Part shown: piece after piece, positions 16,603 through 26,120 of the stretch | Layout of the letters: every line of letters starts with the position of its first letter | Numbering within the stretch: position 1 is the stretch's first letter | Notes under the pieces: model-generated | Databases searched by the model: none | What the model was told of the DNA's origin: nothing | The model's input: only the letters and a program-made list of their open reading frames with translations | Translations under genes and position numbers: made by a program | IMG/VR virus record: IMGVR_UViG_3300030104_006883 | Coordinates: 1-64,000 of that record | Reading direction: 5' to 3' (one strand) | Origin: a virus | Length of the DNA: 64,000 nt

Positions 16603-16878
16603 ATGAAACAACGATTTGTCGACTCTTGGACTTTTACAATCCTAATAACAATTCTGCTCATCGCCCTCTTTGTGCTAGCAGTGCCTGATAGCAGGGCACG
16701 GAGCCCAAAAGCAAAGTTTTACGACTTCAATGAGCAATTAATTGACGGGGAAATAAAAAAACCAAGCACGCTATATACAGACTCTCATACAATAACAAAA
16801 TTTGATAGACTGTTGCGTTTAAAGAAGAGCTTCTTACCAAAGCTTTTTAAGACATCCAAAGAAAAAGTTTTTAAATAG
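16603..16878 (+). CDS. Exported small protein resembling adventurous gliding protein CglF/GltF
   Basis: Signal/TM segment then YDFNEQLIDGEIKKPSTLY...KFDRLLRLKKSFLPKL; similarity judged from memory of the family pattern. Confidence 0.55.
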   Translation: MKQRFVDSWTFTILITILLIALFVLAVPDSRARSPKAKFYDFNEQLIDGEIKKPSTLYTDSHTITKFDRLLRLKKSFLPKLFKTSKEKVFK

Positions 16879-16887
16879 GAGAAAAAC

Positions 16888-17124
16888 ATGAACCCTGAGC
16901 GCATTGATTCAATCACAACCATCTTAAAGTCGTTAACTCAACTAGGCATTGGAATAATAGCACTTCTTTTTACACTACAAGTATTAATTGGCCCTGATCA
17001 CTTGGTGTTCCCTATAAACACACTAGAGAACATGATACAATTGTCAGGAGATCTTGGACCGCCTGGCTTGTACTTAGTTTTAGCTGTGCTTGCCTTATCT
17101 TGGGCCTTTACACGAAAAAGGTAA
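16888..17124 (+). CDS. Two-TM membrane protein
   Basis: Two hydrophobic segments. Confidence 0.65.
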   Translation: MNPERIDSITTILKSLTQLGIGIIALLFTLQVLIGPDHLVFPINTLENMIQLSGDLGPPGLYLVLAVLALSWAFTRKR

Positions 17125-17129
17125 GTTCA

Positions 17130-17534
17130 ATGAAAAAGTTTAAAGGTTGGAATAACTTTTTAAATGAACTGGAGGACGACACGAAAATTGTCGCTAAAGC
17201 AGTTATATACGTTGATGAAAAAATTCTTATGTTAAAAAAAGCAAAAAATTCAAAATGGGATCTCCCCGGTGGACACCTTGTCAAAGGAGAAACAGTGTTG
17301 CAAGGACTAAAAAGAGAAATTAAAGAAGAGACCGGTCTTTACATAGATACCAGCGTTGCCGAGTTGGTACAAAAAAGCGCACATAAATTTTATTATAAAC
17401 TCCCGCTACCTGACGGTATAATATCATTAAGTGGCGAACACACAGAGTATCGCTTCATATCAAAATCCGACATTGACAATCATGACATCTCTAGGAATTA
17501 CAAGAATGTCATTAAAAAGTCTTTTATCGGATAA
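17130..17534 (+). CDS. NUDIX hydrolase
   Basis: Nudix box GGHLVKGETVLQGLKREIKEETGL. Confidence 0.9.
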   Translation: MKKFKGWNNFLNELEDDTKIVAKAVIYVDEKILMLKKAKNSKWDLPGGHLVKGETVLQGLKREIKEETGLYIDTSVAELVQKSAHKFYYKLPLPDGIISLSGEHTEYRFISKSDIDNHDISRNYKNVIKKSFIG

Positions 17535-17558
17535 ACACTAATTATTAAAGAGGTTAAG

Positions 17559-17786
17559 ATGAAACAGTTTGTACAAGGCCAGCGCGGCCCGTCACTCGAT
17601 ATAAGCCAAACAACCGAGGTTACTTGTGATGAATGTGGCAACGATAGGTTTACAGTTGTCTTTAAGGTTAGAAAGGTTGCTGCGTTATTGTCTCCAAGCG
17701 GCCAGGAGGGGTTTGTACCATTGCAAACCTTTGAGTGTACATCTTGCGGACATATAAATGAGGGTTTTATGAGTGACTATCGGTAG
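17559..17786 (+). CDS. Zinc-ribbon protein
   Basis: CDECG...CTSCG. Confidence 0.75.
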   Translation: MKQFVQGQRGPSLDISQTTEVTCDECGNDRFTVVFKVRKVAALLSPSGQEGFVPLQTFECTSCGHINEGFMSDYR

Positions 17787-17896
17787 ACGAGCTTTTTTTA
17801 TTTTTCTAGCATTTATATGCGTTATAGAAAAAACTTTATTTATCTTAAGTTTTGGAAATTTAGATTTATCATTAGAAAAAAAAGTGCTTGACAAAT

Positions 17897-18214
17897 ATGC
17901 AGAAAAAAGGATCAAAAATTTTCTTGCCGAAGAAAAAGACTAGGTGGAAAAGCATCTCCGAAAACGAAGTAGAAATATCTTATGAAGATGATAAAGGAGA
18001 TTTGACTATAATAGGTAAGGTTTTTAGAAAACCGTTTACTCTAAAATGGAACATAGATGTATATTTTTTTCTACCCAATAGTCACACAATAGATTTAGAC
18101 GAAACTTTTGATAGTGAGATAGATGCAGGAAGAAGAGTCGCTAACTTGTGGGAAGTAAACAGAGATTATGAATATTTTAATTTAGAGAGTTTTTATGACG
18201 AAACAATTTATTAG
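17897..18214 (+). CDS. Hypothetical protein
   Basis: ORF in co-directional run. Confidence 0.6.
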   Translation: MQKKGSKIFLPKKKTRWKSISENEVEISYEDDKGDLTIIGKVFRKPFTLKWNIDVYFFLPNSHTIDLDETFDSEIDAGRRVANLWEVNRDYEYFNLESFYDETIY

Positions 18215-20093
18215 AGTTCTTACGTTACTATTACTAACAGTAGCGTTGATGACTTGCTCCGAGAGTCAAAACGAGAGAGCAGAACTTACGTTTGATACAA
18301 AATCGCATATCTTTAATAAATCTCTCTCTCCGGAAATGATTCACTATTTTGCAAAAAACAATTATGAAAAAAGATGTTATAAATTTGAATTTTACTTTTG
18401 TCCTCCGCTAGACGAAGTTTGGCAAATGCAGGTTACAACAGATGTCTGCAAAGATCCTCCTGAAATCATTTCTATTAGCGAGTGCTTTGAAATCTTTGAA
18501 TGCGACCCAAGCACACCGGACTTGGGAGATGTTGATTGTACAACTGATGATGGATACCCCGGTACTCAAAAGAAAATTTGTGATAAAGGTAAAATAAAAT
18601 ATACTGATTGCACCTCTTTGTGTTCTGAAGAAATCTGCGACTACGAGGACAATGATTGTGATGGCCATATCGATGAGGGGCAGAGGAACGCTTGCGATGA
18701 ATGTGGCTTCTTGCCGGAAGAAGCTTGTGATAACGTGGATAACGACTGTGATGGTGGTACTGATGAGGACTTGATTCAAGACTGCTATTCTGCTTGTGGG
18801 GGCGGTATTGAGTACTGCGTTGGTGGTATCTGGGTTTCTTGCACAGCGCCCCCTGTCCAGACAGAAATATGTGACGGATTCGACAACGATTGCGATGGAC
18901 AAATCGATGAAGGTATAAATTGTGAGTGTACAATCGCAGACGTTGGAGTTCTTTTCCCTTGTAAAGAAGAACCTTTAATATGCGGGGAAGGATATAAAAC
19001 TTGCGAATGCACAACGCCGGACTGCTCGGAGATTTTGACAACAGACTGTGTATCTCCTTGTGTGTATTTCCCGGTACCGGACGAGGAATGCGATCCTACA
19101 AAAGGTGCTGTTGCTGCTGAAGAATGTAATAATTATGATGATAACTGTAATCAATTAATTGACGAAGACTTGTTTGAAATGTGTTACACTGCTGACCCAG
19201 AGACGCTGTTTGTAGGTATTTGTAAACCTGGTATTCTGACGTGCTACAAAGGGACTTGGGGCAATTACTTTGAGGGTATACCTGACTATTTCGTACCGGG
19301 TCTTTGCAAAGACGAAGTAACACCTCAAGAAGAAATTTGCGATGGTGTAGATAACGATTGTGATGGCGAAACAGACTCAGGGGAAGAATTGGGACCTGTT
19401 GACGTTCTCTTTATCGTTGATTGGTCAGGATCGATGGATACAGAGATATATGCTGTTATGTCTGCTCTTAATAAGTTTGCTGCTAGCTACAGTGACGAAG
19501 AGGTTTTACAATGGGGTACTATTCTAGGACCTATAGACCACGCTTGGAATAATTCAGAATACTTAAATCTTTACCATAATCTTAGTGGATTTAGTGACTT
19601 TCTATCTTCAATGTCACAATTAAATATAAGTTCTTGGGCAATGTCGGGTGCTAGAGAGATGATGATGGACGCGATATATCTCTCGTTGCACAATCTCGTT
19701 GGGTCTGGGTCTTTGCCAGTTGCCATTCCCCCGTTGAAATGGGCCACAGGCACTGGAGTTACTGAATCTCAACCTCCAATAAAAGATTTTATCATTAACT
19801 GGCGAACCGATCCAGAGGTTAAAAGAGTTATCGTGCTGTTTACCGACGAGGGCTCTCAAAGCTATACTATTCCGGATATCACACAAGATATCCTGCTTGA
19901 ACTAATAGGAAAAATTACAAATACTAAAATATACATATTTTCTCAAACAATTCATAAGGACAACTGGATTGCGCTTGAGGGATGGGATCCCCTTTGTGTC
20001 GCTTCTGGCGGCAAATGGTACCAGCTAACTGACGATATGGTGACTATGTATAATAGCCTAATGGAAATTATTGACGAAAACGCCTGTAAGTAA
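18195..20093 (+). CDS. Cys-rich lipoprotein with five putative metal-binding (MopE-like) repeats and C-terminal vWA domain
   Basis: Lipobox-like LMTC; five ExCD/NxxDNDCDG-type repeats; MIDAS DWSGS. Confidence 0.8.
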   Translation: MTKQFIRVLTLLLLTVALMTCSESQNERAELTFDTKSHIFNKSLSPEMIHYFAKNNYEKRCYKFEFYFCPPLDEVWQMQVTTDVCKDPPEIISISECFEIFECDPSTPDLGDVDCTTDDGYPGTQKKICDKGKIKYTDCTSLCSEEICDYEDNDCDGHIDEGQRNACDECGFLPEEACDNVDNDCDGGTDEDLIQDCYSACGGGIEYCVGGIWVSCTAPPVQTEICDGFDNDCDGQIDEGINCECTIADVGVLFPCKEEPLICGEGYKTCECTTPDCSEILTTDCVSPCVYFPVPDEECDPTKGAVAAEECNNYDDNCNQLIDEDLFEMCYTADPETLFVGICKPGILTCYKGTWGNYFEGIPDYFVPGLCKDEVTPQEEICDGVDNDCDGETDSGEELGPVDVLFIVDWSGSMDTEIYAVMSALNKFAASYSDEEVLQWGTILGPIDHAWNNSEYLNLYHNLSGFSDFLSSMSQLNISSWAMSGAREMMMDAIYLSLHNLVGSGSLPVAIPPLKWATGTGVTESQPPIKDFIINWRTDPEVKRVIVLFTDEGSQSYTIPDITQDILLELIGKITNTKIYIFSQTIHKDNWIALEGWDPLCVASGGKWYQLTDDMVTMYNSLMEIIDENACK

Positions 20094-20099
20094 ATATTT

Positions 20100-20924
20100 A
20101 TGATTATGGAAATAAACAAAAAGCTTTGGGAAGAATTCCTACAAGACAATAAAAAAATAGATTTAGATAGTTTTAAGCTTAGAGATGAGCTTAACCGTGA
20201 CGTCTGGGCTAGTGACGACAAGATCAGACCCGAAATAGCTGTCAAACTAGTTGAAATTGCTAAAAATTTCATGTCTAATCTTGGGCTAGGAGATATTGAG
20301 ATAAAAGATATTGTGCTTACAGGCTCTTTGTCAAACTATAATTGGTCCCAGTACTCGGATTTAGATCTCCATGTCATGGTAGACTTTGATGATTTGGATG
20401 AAAATGAGGAGTTAGTAAGAGAATTCTTTCGCGGAAAGAGCGGCAATTGGAATGATCGCCATGATATTAAACTTAGAGGCTTTGAGGTTGAGATCTACGT
20501 TCAAGATATTGACGAGCCACACGTCTCGACCGGCATTTATTCTTTATTAGAAGACGAATGGGTTGTTAAACCAACTAAAGATAAGCCCTCTCTAGACCTT
20601 AAAACAACAAAGATGAAAGCACAAAACCTTATGGACCTTGTAGATGACATCGAGAGACTATACAGAGAGAATAAGTTGAGGGAAGCTTATGTATCTTCTC
20701 AACTTTTAAAGCAGAAAATAAGAAAGTTTAGACAGTGTGGTCTGGAAAGTCCCGCCGGGGCTTACTCACCAGAAAATTTAGCATTTAAAGTGTTAAGAAG
20801 AAACGAATATCTTGCTAAGCTTAGCGACTTAAGAGATAACTCTTATGATAGATTGATGTCAATTGATGAAAATTTAAAACGCGATTGGCAAAATTACCTC
20901 AAAGAGGTTGATGAGGCTCTTTAA
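20100..20924 (+). CDS. Pol-beta superfamily nucleotidyltransferase
   Basis: LTGSLSNYNWSQYSDLDLHV, third acidic EIYVQD. Confidence 0.85.
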   Translation: MIMEINKKLWEEFLQDNKKIDLDSFKLRDELNRDVWASDDKIRPEIAVKLVEIAKNFMSNLGLGDIEIKDIVLTGSLSNYNWSQYSDLDLHVMVDFDDLDENEELVREFFRGKSGNWNDRHDIKLRGFEVEIYVQDIDEPHVSTGIYSLLEDEWVVKPTKDKPSLDLKTTKMKAQNLMDLVDDIERLYRENKLREAYVSSQLLKQKIRKFRQCGLESPAGAYSPENLAFKVLRRNEYLAKLSDLRDNSYDRLMSIDENLKRDWQNYLKEVDEAL

Positions 20925-20925
20925 T

Positions 20926-21675
20926 GTGCAAAAATTACTAGAAAACTGGCGCAAACTGTTTGAAAACAAAGAAGAAAAGTCAAAAAAACTGTTTGCTTTT
21001 GATTTTGATAATACCTTAGTGCGCACAGACGGCCAAGTGTTGCACAAATCTAGTGATTTGCGGCTTAACCCCGAGCAATGGGAGCGCCTAAAGCTTCTTA
21101 ACCCCGATATATCGGAAGACGACTTCGACTTTAGTGAGTTTAAAACGGTTGTAAACCCAAAGCCAATCAAAAAAACACTAAATTTAATGATAAAGACAAT
21201 AAAAAAGCTCTCCGGCGACGACAAAATTGTAATTTTGACCGCAAGGGAGGTTTGGAGGCCGATTAAATCCTATCTACAAGAAGAATTTGATGTTGATATC
21301 GAAATTGTTGCTGTAAATTCGCCAAAATACTCGCACTTGGACGGTAAGGGACCTGAAAGAAAAGCCTCGTGGGTCAAAAAACAGCTTTCTGAGGGTTTTT
21401 CTAACGTATTCTTTTGGGATGATATGGTTGAGAACCTACATGCCGTTAAATCGTTAGAAATCGAGCACCCTGGAGTGTCTATTAAGGCATTTTTAGTCAA
21501 AAATGGTGCAGAAAGGTGCTTTGATAGGCTAGAAGAGATCGAAAAATTTCAACAAATGGTAAAAAATAAGCATTCTAGGATGAAAAAGAGGCTAATAAAG
21601 CACGGAAATCAACCTAATGTTCCACCATATAGCAAAAAACCTTCTTTTAAAAGGTCCAAATCTGCACCACCATGA
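20926..21675 (+). CDS. HAD-family phosphatase (PNKP/RNA-repair-like)
   Basis: FAFDFDNTL, ILTAR, FWDD; GTG start after upstream stop. Confidence 0.75.
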   Translation: MQKLLENWRKLFENKEEKSKKLFAFDFDNTLVRTDGQVLHKSSDLRLNPEQWERLKLLNPDISEDDFDFSEFKTVVNPKPIKKTLNLMIKTIKKLSGDDKIVILTAREVWRPIKSYLQEEFDVDIEIVAVNSPKYSHLDGKGPERKASWVKKQLSEGFSNVFFWDDMVENLHAVKSLEIEHPGVSIKAFLVKNGAERCFDRLEEIEKFQQMVKNKHSRMKKRLIKHGNQPNVPPYSKKPSFKRSKSAPP

Positions 21676-21761
21676 GGTGAATAGTGCTGTTGTTTTTTAT
21701 GGTTTTTTATAACTTTTGTCTCTATTTATAGTTACACAGCCATTCAAAGGGGTTAAAAAAC

Positions 21762-22385
21762 ATGAAAATTACAGAGACTGAGTTAAAAGACATCATTTTG
21801 GAGGAATTCAACGCCGTTGTTGAAGAAAATTCTCTCGACGAAGGGTTTTTAGACCGACTAAAGCGTGGATTTGGCGCAGCTAAGGATGCTTACGCTAAAA
21901 CTCCTGAAGAAATGTCATCTGAAGCTGCACAAAACGCAGCCGATGTGGCCCTGGACGCTGTAAAGGATTTTGCAAGCGCTTTCGGGAATGATCGCAAGAA
22001 GATGGTTAGACGATTAGGAAGTTTAGACTTAGACCAGCTAGTTGAATTAAGTCCGGAACTGGCCACTTCAATTAAAAGAGTTTTGTCTTGGTCAAAGGGA
22101 GGAAATACCAGGTTAGCAAACCTAGTTGATGCCCTTGAGCTTATCCAAGATCCTAAGTTAGCTGCTGACATTGCAGCCTCTCAGGATGCTACACCCGGAT
22201 TGGGTGCTGGACGTAGGCCGCGCGGTAGAGGAGTTTCTGGTGGAGACGCCATTAAGAGAGGCGGCACAGCCACCACTAGAGGCCTTGGAGCAATGGCTGA
22301 GAATATAGATAGTGATCTGAAAATTACAAAAGAAGGCCTAATGGCAATGATTAAAGATGAGCTTGAAAATTCAAAACAAAACTAG
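21762..22385 (+). CDS. Hypothetical, probable virion/head protein
   Basis: MKITETELKDIILEE leader, repeated near the C-terminus (LKITKEGLMAMIKDELE). Confidence 0.6.
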   Translation: MKITETELKDIILEEFNAVVEENSLDEGFLDRLKRGFGAAKDAYAKTPEEMSSEAAQNAADVALDAVKDFASAFGNDRKKMVRRLGSLDLDQLVELSPELATSIKRVLSWSKGGNTRLANLVDALELIQDPKLAADIAASQDATPGLGAGRRPRGRGVSGGDAIKRGGTATTRGLGAMAENIDSDLKITKEGLMAMIKDELENSKQN

Positions 22386-23028
22386 TAAAGATTTATCAGT
22401 ATTAGAAGGATTAGTAAGTAAATTTTACCCCTATGCGCAGAGGACAATGAACTTCTCAGGTCCTCTGCGCTTGTCTTTTGTGTCTGACGAAGAAAACTCT
22501 CAAAACCCGCTTGGCAAAACAGCTTACTATAGTCCTGGTGATAGGGAAGTCGTTATATACACAGATAATAGACATACTAAAGATATTTTACGATCCTTTT
22601 CTCATGAACTTGTACATCATGCACAAAATTGCAGGGGAGAGTTCGACGGAGAAATTGAAACTAATGAAGGCTATGCACAAAATAACAAACATTTAAGAAA
22701 AATGGAAAAAGAAGCCTATTTAATAGGAAACCTATGTTTCCGTGATTGGGAGGATTCAAGCAAAATGGAATCAACACTAGAAAATAAGATTAGAGAAGTC
22801 GTTAGGAGTTTTCTTTTAGAGAAGACAAAGACAGATTCGCCTGACAGAGCGCCTTCTGATACACCCGCCGATAGGCTAAAGCCTCTCGAAGAGGAAGAAG
22901 TAACAGAAGAAGAGACAGTCGAAGAGGCTAACATTGAAGAAGAAGAGACTCTTGAAGAAGAGGCTACATTAAAAGAATGGAAAAATAAAAGCATTAACAA
23001 ACTTCTCATGGAGAAGTGGTGTAAATAA
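22357..23028 (+). CDS. Zincin-like metallopeptidase domain protein
   Basis: SHELVHHAQ...EKEAY. Confidence 0.7.
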   Translation: MSLKIQNKTSKDLSVLEGLVSKFYPYAQRTMNFSGPLRLSFVSDEENSQNPLGKTAYYSPGDREVVIYTDNRHTKDILRSFSHELVHHAQNCRGEFDGEIETNEGYAQNNKHLRKMEKEAYLIGNLCFRDWEDSSKMESTLENKIREVVRSFLLEKTKTDSPDRAPSDTPADRLKPLEEEEVTEEETVEEANIEEEETLEEEATLKEWKNKSINKLLMEKWCK

Positions 23029-23039
23029 GGAGAAAATTA

Positions 23040-23204
23040 ATGGCTAGTCCAAGAAGAAGAAAATTAAGAAAGCTCGCTAGACTAAATTCAAACACAGAGC
23101 AGGCAGTAGAGGAAGCACCCTCGACTCCGCCGCCGCTGCCGCCAAAAAAGGCTGCTCCGGCTCCGAAGAAAACTAGTGACACTAAGAAAGATAACAAAAA
23201 CTAA
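23040..23204 (+). CDS. Basic Pro-rich 54-aa protein
   Basis: AAGGAG SD; MASPRRRKLRKLARL... Confidence 0.6.
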   Translation: MASPRRRKLRKLARLNSNTEQAVEEAPSTPPPLPPKKAAPAPKKTSDTKKDNKN

Positions 23205-23214
23205 GGAATAAGGA

Positions 23215-24123
23215 ATGGATCTTTTTTCTATCATCCAAGAGGTTATCTCTGAGAATAACCCTTTAGGTTTTGGCGAAGGAAAGCCTACTAGTGACGAAAT
23301 AAGCAAAAAGCAAACTGTCGCACTAGAAGAAGATTCCGAGGACGCCGAAGAGCTAGACGAAATGTCTAGTATGGCCTCCGGTGCCGTAGAAGGGGGTATA
23401 TCTAGAGAAGAATTTGTTGAAGAACTTAAGCTTAGAGAGTTCATTCAAAGAGCAATTAAGAATATTAAAGAGAAAAAAGTACAACAAATAAGAGAAGAGA
23501 GTAAATTAAGAAAAATAATTCAAAGCCTTGTTAAGGAAGCTTCGACACCAGACGTTGACCCGACGCCAAATAGAGCGACAGGCATTAATGTGTTAGAGGA
23601 GCTTTTGAAAAAAATAATACCGATTCTAGAGACTGATTACAAAACTCTCACTACAAACAAAGAGCAGCGAGACTCGTTTAGAGCACATATTTTAAATGCA
23701 GTAGAAAACACGATTAAACCGGCAATGGTTAACAACGCCGCCGGTCAGGATCCCATCCTAGATGAGCCGGAGCTAACAGAAGAAATAGACATTGATATTG
23801 AAGACGATGGACTCGACCTGGATACTAATGATGATTTTATCCCAATTGAAGATGACAAGCCAGAAGAAACAGATCCTGTAAAAGATTTCGGCCTTGAAGG
23901 ACAAAACGAAACAGGCAGAAATATGGCATACCAAAGCTTTAAGAAATTAGAGGCTAATATATTAGACTCATACGAACTTTTGTCAGATAAAGAAGATCAA
24001 GAGCTTTTTTATGATTATCTTTTAACAAACTTAAAGTTATACTTTGATAAATTTGAAGAAGAGTTGAGCCCATCAGCAGTAGAGCCCACTACGGATGCTT
24101 ATGAACAAGCAGTCACCGCTTAA
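23215..24123 (+). CDS. Acidic hypothetical protein
   Basis: 302-aa ORF, AAGGA SD. Confidence 0.7.
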   Translation: MDLFSIIQEVISENNPLGFGEGKPTSDEISKKQTVALEEDSEDAEELDEMSSMASGAVEGGISREEFVEELKLREFIQRAIKNIKEKKVQQIREESKLRKIIQSLVKEASTPDVDPTPNRATGINVLEELLKKIIPILETDYKTLTTNKEQRDSFRAHILNAVENTIKPAMVNNAAGQDPILDEPELTEEIDIDIEDDGLDLDTNDDFIPIEDDKPEETDPVKDFGLEGQNETGRNMAYQSFKKLEANILDSYELLSDKEDQELFYDYLLTNLKLYFDKFEEELSPSAVEPTTDAYEQAVTA

Positions 24124-24436
24124 AAACTATTCACTATCTAAAGTTTTAAAAGAAGAGGGCAAGTCAAACGATGAATTTGAAATAATGCTTTCTAATTTAA
24201 CTTTAGAAGAATTGATAGGTTTGAAACTAGAGACAGCAGGAAGGGTAGTTAAACATAAGCTATATGGCTTGCGTATTTATGACAGAATTGGTAAAATATG
24301 TAAAAATGCTATTTTTAAATACGCTATCTCTGCGGCTCAAAGTAAAAAAGAAGCCTCCATGTTTCTTGGGATGAGCATCAAACAACTTAACTATTATATA
24401 CGCAGAGAGAAGCTCTTTGAGAGCGAACAAAACTAA
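24101..24436 (+). CDS. Protein with C-terminal Fis-like HTH
   Basis: SKKEASMFLGMSIKQLNYYIRR. Confidence 0.55.
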   Translation: MNKQSPLKNYSLSKVLKEEGKSNDEFEIMLSNLTLEELIGLKLETAGRVVKHKLYGLRIYDRIGKICKNAIFKYAISAAQSKKEASMFLGMSIKQLNYYIRREKLFESEQN

Positions 24437-24459
24437 TTAATAAAGAGGAGGGGAAAATA

Positions 24460-24561
24460 ATGAAATCATTACTTCATAAATTAGCAAATCTGTTTAATAA
24501 CGAACATTGCTGCTGTTGTTGTGACTGCTGCTCGTGCGCAGAGTGCTCCGGCAAGTGCTAA
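24460..24561 (+). CDS. 33-aa metallothionein-like peptide
   Basis: AGAGGAGG SD; MKSLLHKLANLFNNEHCCCCCDCCSCAECSGKC*. Confidence 0.65.
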   Translation: MKSLLHKLANLFNNEHCCCCCDCCSCAECSGKC

Positions 24562-24566
24562 AACAC

Positions 24567-24878
24567 GGGGGTGAATTGGTATCGACTGGGTATTGACAAC
24601 CAGACGTGCAAGGCTGTGTGAGTGTGGCACAGTAAAAACACTCAAAACTTTAATTGCTAACGACAACGTTACTTTTGATTACGCCCTAGCGGCATAACCA
24701 CGGGGTGGCAGCAACCTTGTTAACCAAAGCTGCAAATTAAAGGTTTTTTTTACTAGCCTTACTTAATAGTAAACAACTTGAGTTTAGAGCTTGTTGGAGC
24801 CTATAACCAACTAACCTTGTGAACGACGTCTTTTTTGATATATGTAGGACTCGGGTTCGACTCCCGACACCTCCACCA
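24567..24878 (+). ncRNA. ssrA: tmRNA, tag ANDNVTFDYALAA (24656-24697)
   Basis: GGGGGTG/CACCTCC acceptor with G3-U70, ACCA end, T-loop GGTTCGACTCC, tag ending ALAA*. Confidence 0.95.
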
Positions 24879-24917
24879 TTTTACGTCATCTTATTGATTT
24901 ACATACTATTTAATAGT

Positions 24918-26117
24918 ATGAAATTACTACTTGAATCTTGGAAGCGGTTCTTAAAAGAAGAAGACAGGCTCGACGAACCGGATCCACTAGTCTTAAATGT
25001 TGCAGATATTGGTGACAGTGGCTTTTGTGTTTACAATCCCACCATCAACTCTTATGCACAAGAGAGCCCAGAAAATTTAGCAGAAATGTTAATTTTCGTT
25101 ATCGCAACTCAGCAGCAGAGATGGTATGAAGTTGTTCCAAGATTTCCTATCTTGATGAAATACATCAAACAAAATGATGGCCTATTAACCGGAGAAGAAT
25201 TCCAAGACTTCCCGCAGCCCATAAAGATGTTGATACTGGGATTCAGGAAGAGGGCGATCGATTATATTTGGAACAACCGAGGAAAAATGTATTCCTCTAT
25301 AATGTCAGACATAAACAAATATAATAATGCTAAATCCGGAAGCATCGAAAAAGAAGAGGCAATGTTCAATACTTACCTTAAGTTTTTAAGAGTTCCGGGT
25401 CTTGGCTTACCAAAAGCAGCCTTTGCTTCGCAGTTAATAATAGGCAGACTAGGATGCATAGATAGTATCAATCTTAATATTTATAAAGGTCTTGATCCTG
25501 AAGGCAAGCTGATAAAGACAGACAAAGACGGTCGCGTCGGCTTTAAAACTGCCGGAAAAAAGCTAGACACAAGCTCTAATTTGTACCAGCTTACAAAAGG
25601 TGGAGTTAAAATGGCTGAGAAGTATGTCGAGTTCTTAAGGCAAATTGCTGCTATGAATAAAACAACCGAAGCTAACGTATCAAAATCTCTTTGGGACACT
25701 TGGGTTGAAATTGTAGCTAAAAAAATCAACTTACAGGGCGATCTGGAAGTAATAATGCCTGGTGGTAAAAAGTTTAAAATTCCAAACGATTATTCCAAAA
25801 AAGCATCAAAGAACGATGGAGACCTGGCTGGTAAGTTTAGAGACCAATGGATGGGCAAAATTACTGGTAAGGATATCTCGCGTCAACATAATCCCTCTGA
25901 AATGTTTGAGGGTCTTCTAAGAGAATCCAGCACGACTACAGTGAGACAAATTCTAAGAGAGGCTGTAGTAAGAGGCTTATTCGAAGTTATTAGAAAAAAA
26001 GATGGCCAATACTGTTTAGTTGCAAAAACAGGTCGTAATCTCGGCTGCTACGATTCAAAAAAAGGTGCAGAGAAGAGGGAAAAACAGGTTAACTATTTTA
26101 AACATAAAGAGGGTTAA
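24918..26117 (+). CDS. Helix-hairpin-helix (DNA glycosylase-like fold) protein
   Basis: LRVPGLGLPKAAF followed by GCIDSINL; true start after tmRNA at MKLLLESW. Confidence 0.55.
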   Translation: MKLLLESWKRFLKEEDRLDEPDPLVLNVADIGDSGFCVYNPTINSYAQESPENLAEMLIFVIATQQQRWYEVVPRFPILMKYIKQNDGLLTGEEFQDFPQPIKMLILGFRKRAIDYIWNNRGKMYSSIMSDINKYNNAKSGSIEKEEAMFNTYLKFLRVPGLGLPKAAFASQLIIGRLGCIDSINLNIYKGLDPEGKLIKTDKDGRVGFKTAGKKLDTSSNLYQLTKGGVKMAEKYVEFLRQIAAMNKTTEANVSKSLWDTWVEIVAKKINLQGDLEVIMPGGKKFKIPNDYSKKASKNDGDLAGKFRDQWMGKITGKDISRQHNPSEMFEGLLRESSTTTVRQILREAVVRGLFEVIRKKDGQYCLVAKTGRNLGCYDSKKGAEKREKQVNYFKHKEG

Positions 26118-26120
26118 TAA

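Noticed and set aside
24819-24917. N-terminal extension of the HhH ORF, and minus ORF 24481-24666
   Set aside because: They overlap the tmRNA; the real start is ATG 24918 with the shared leader
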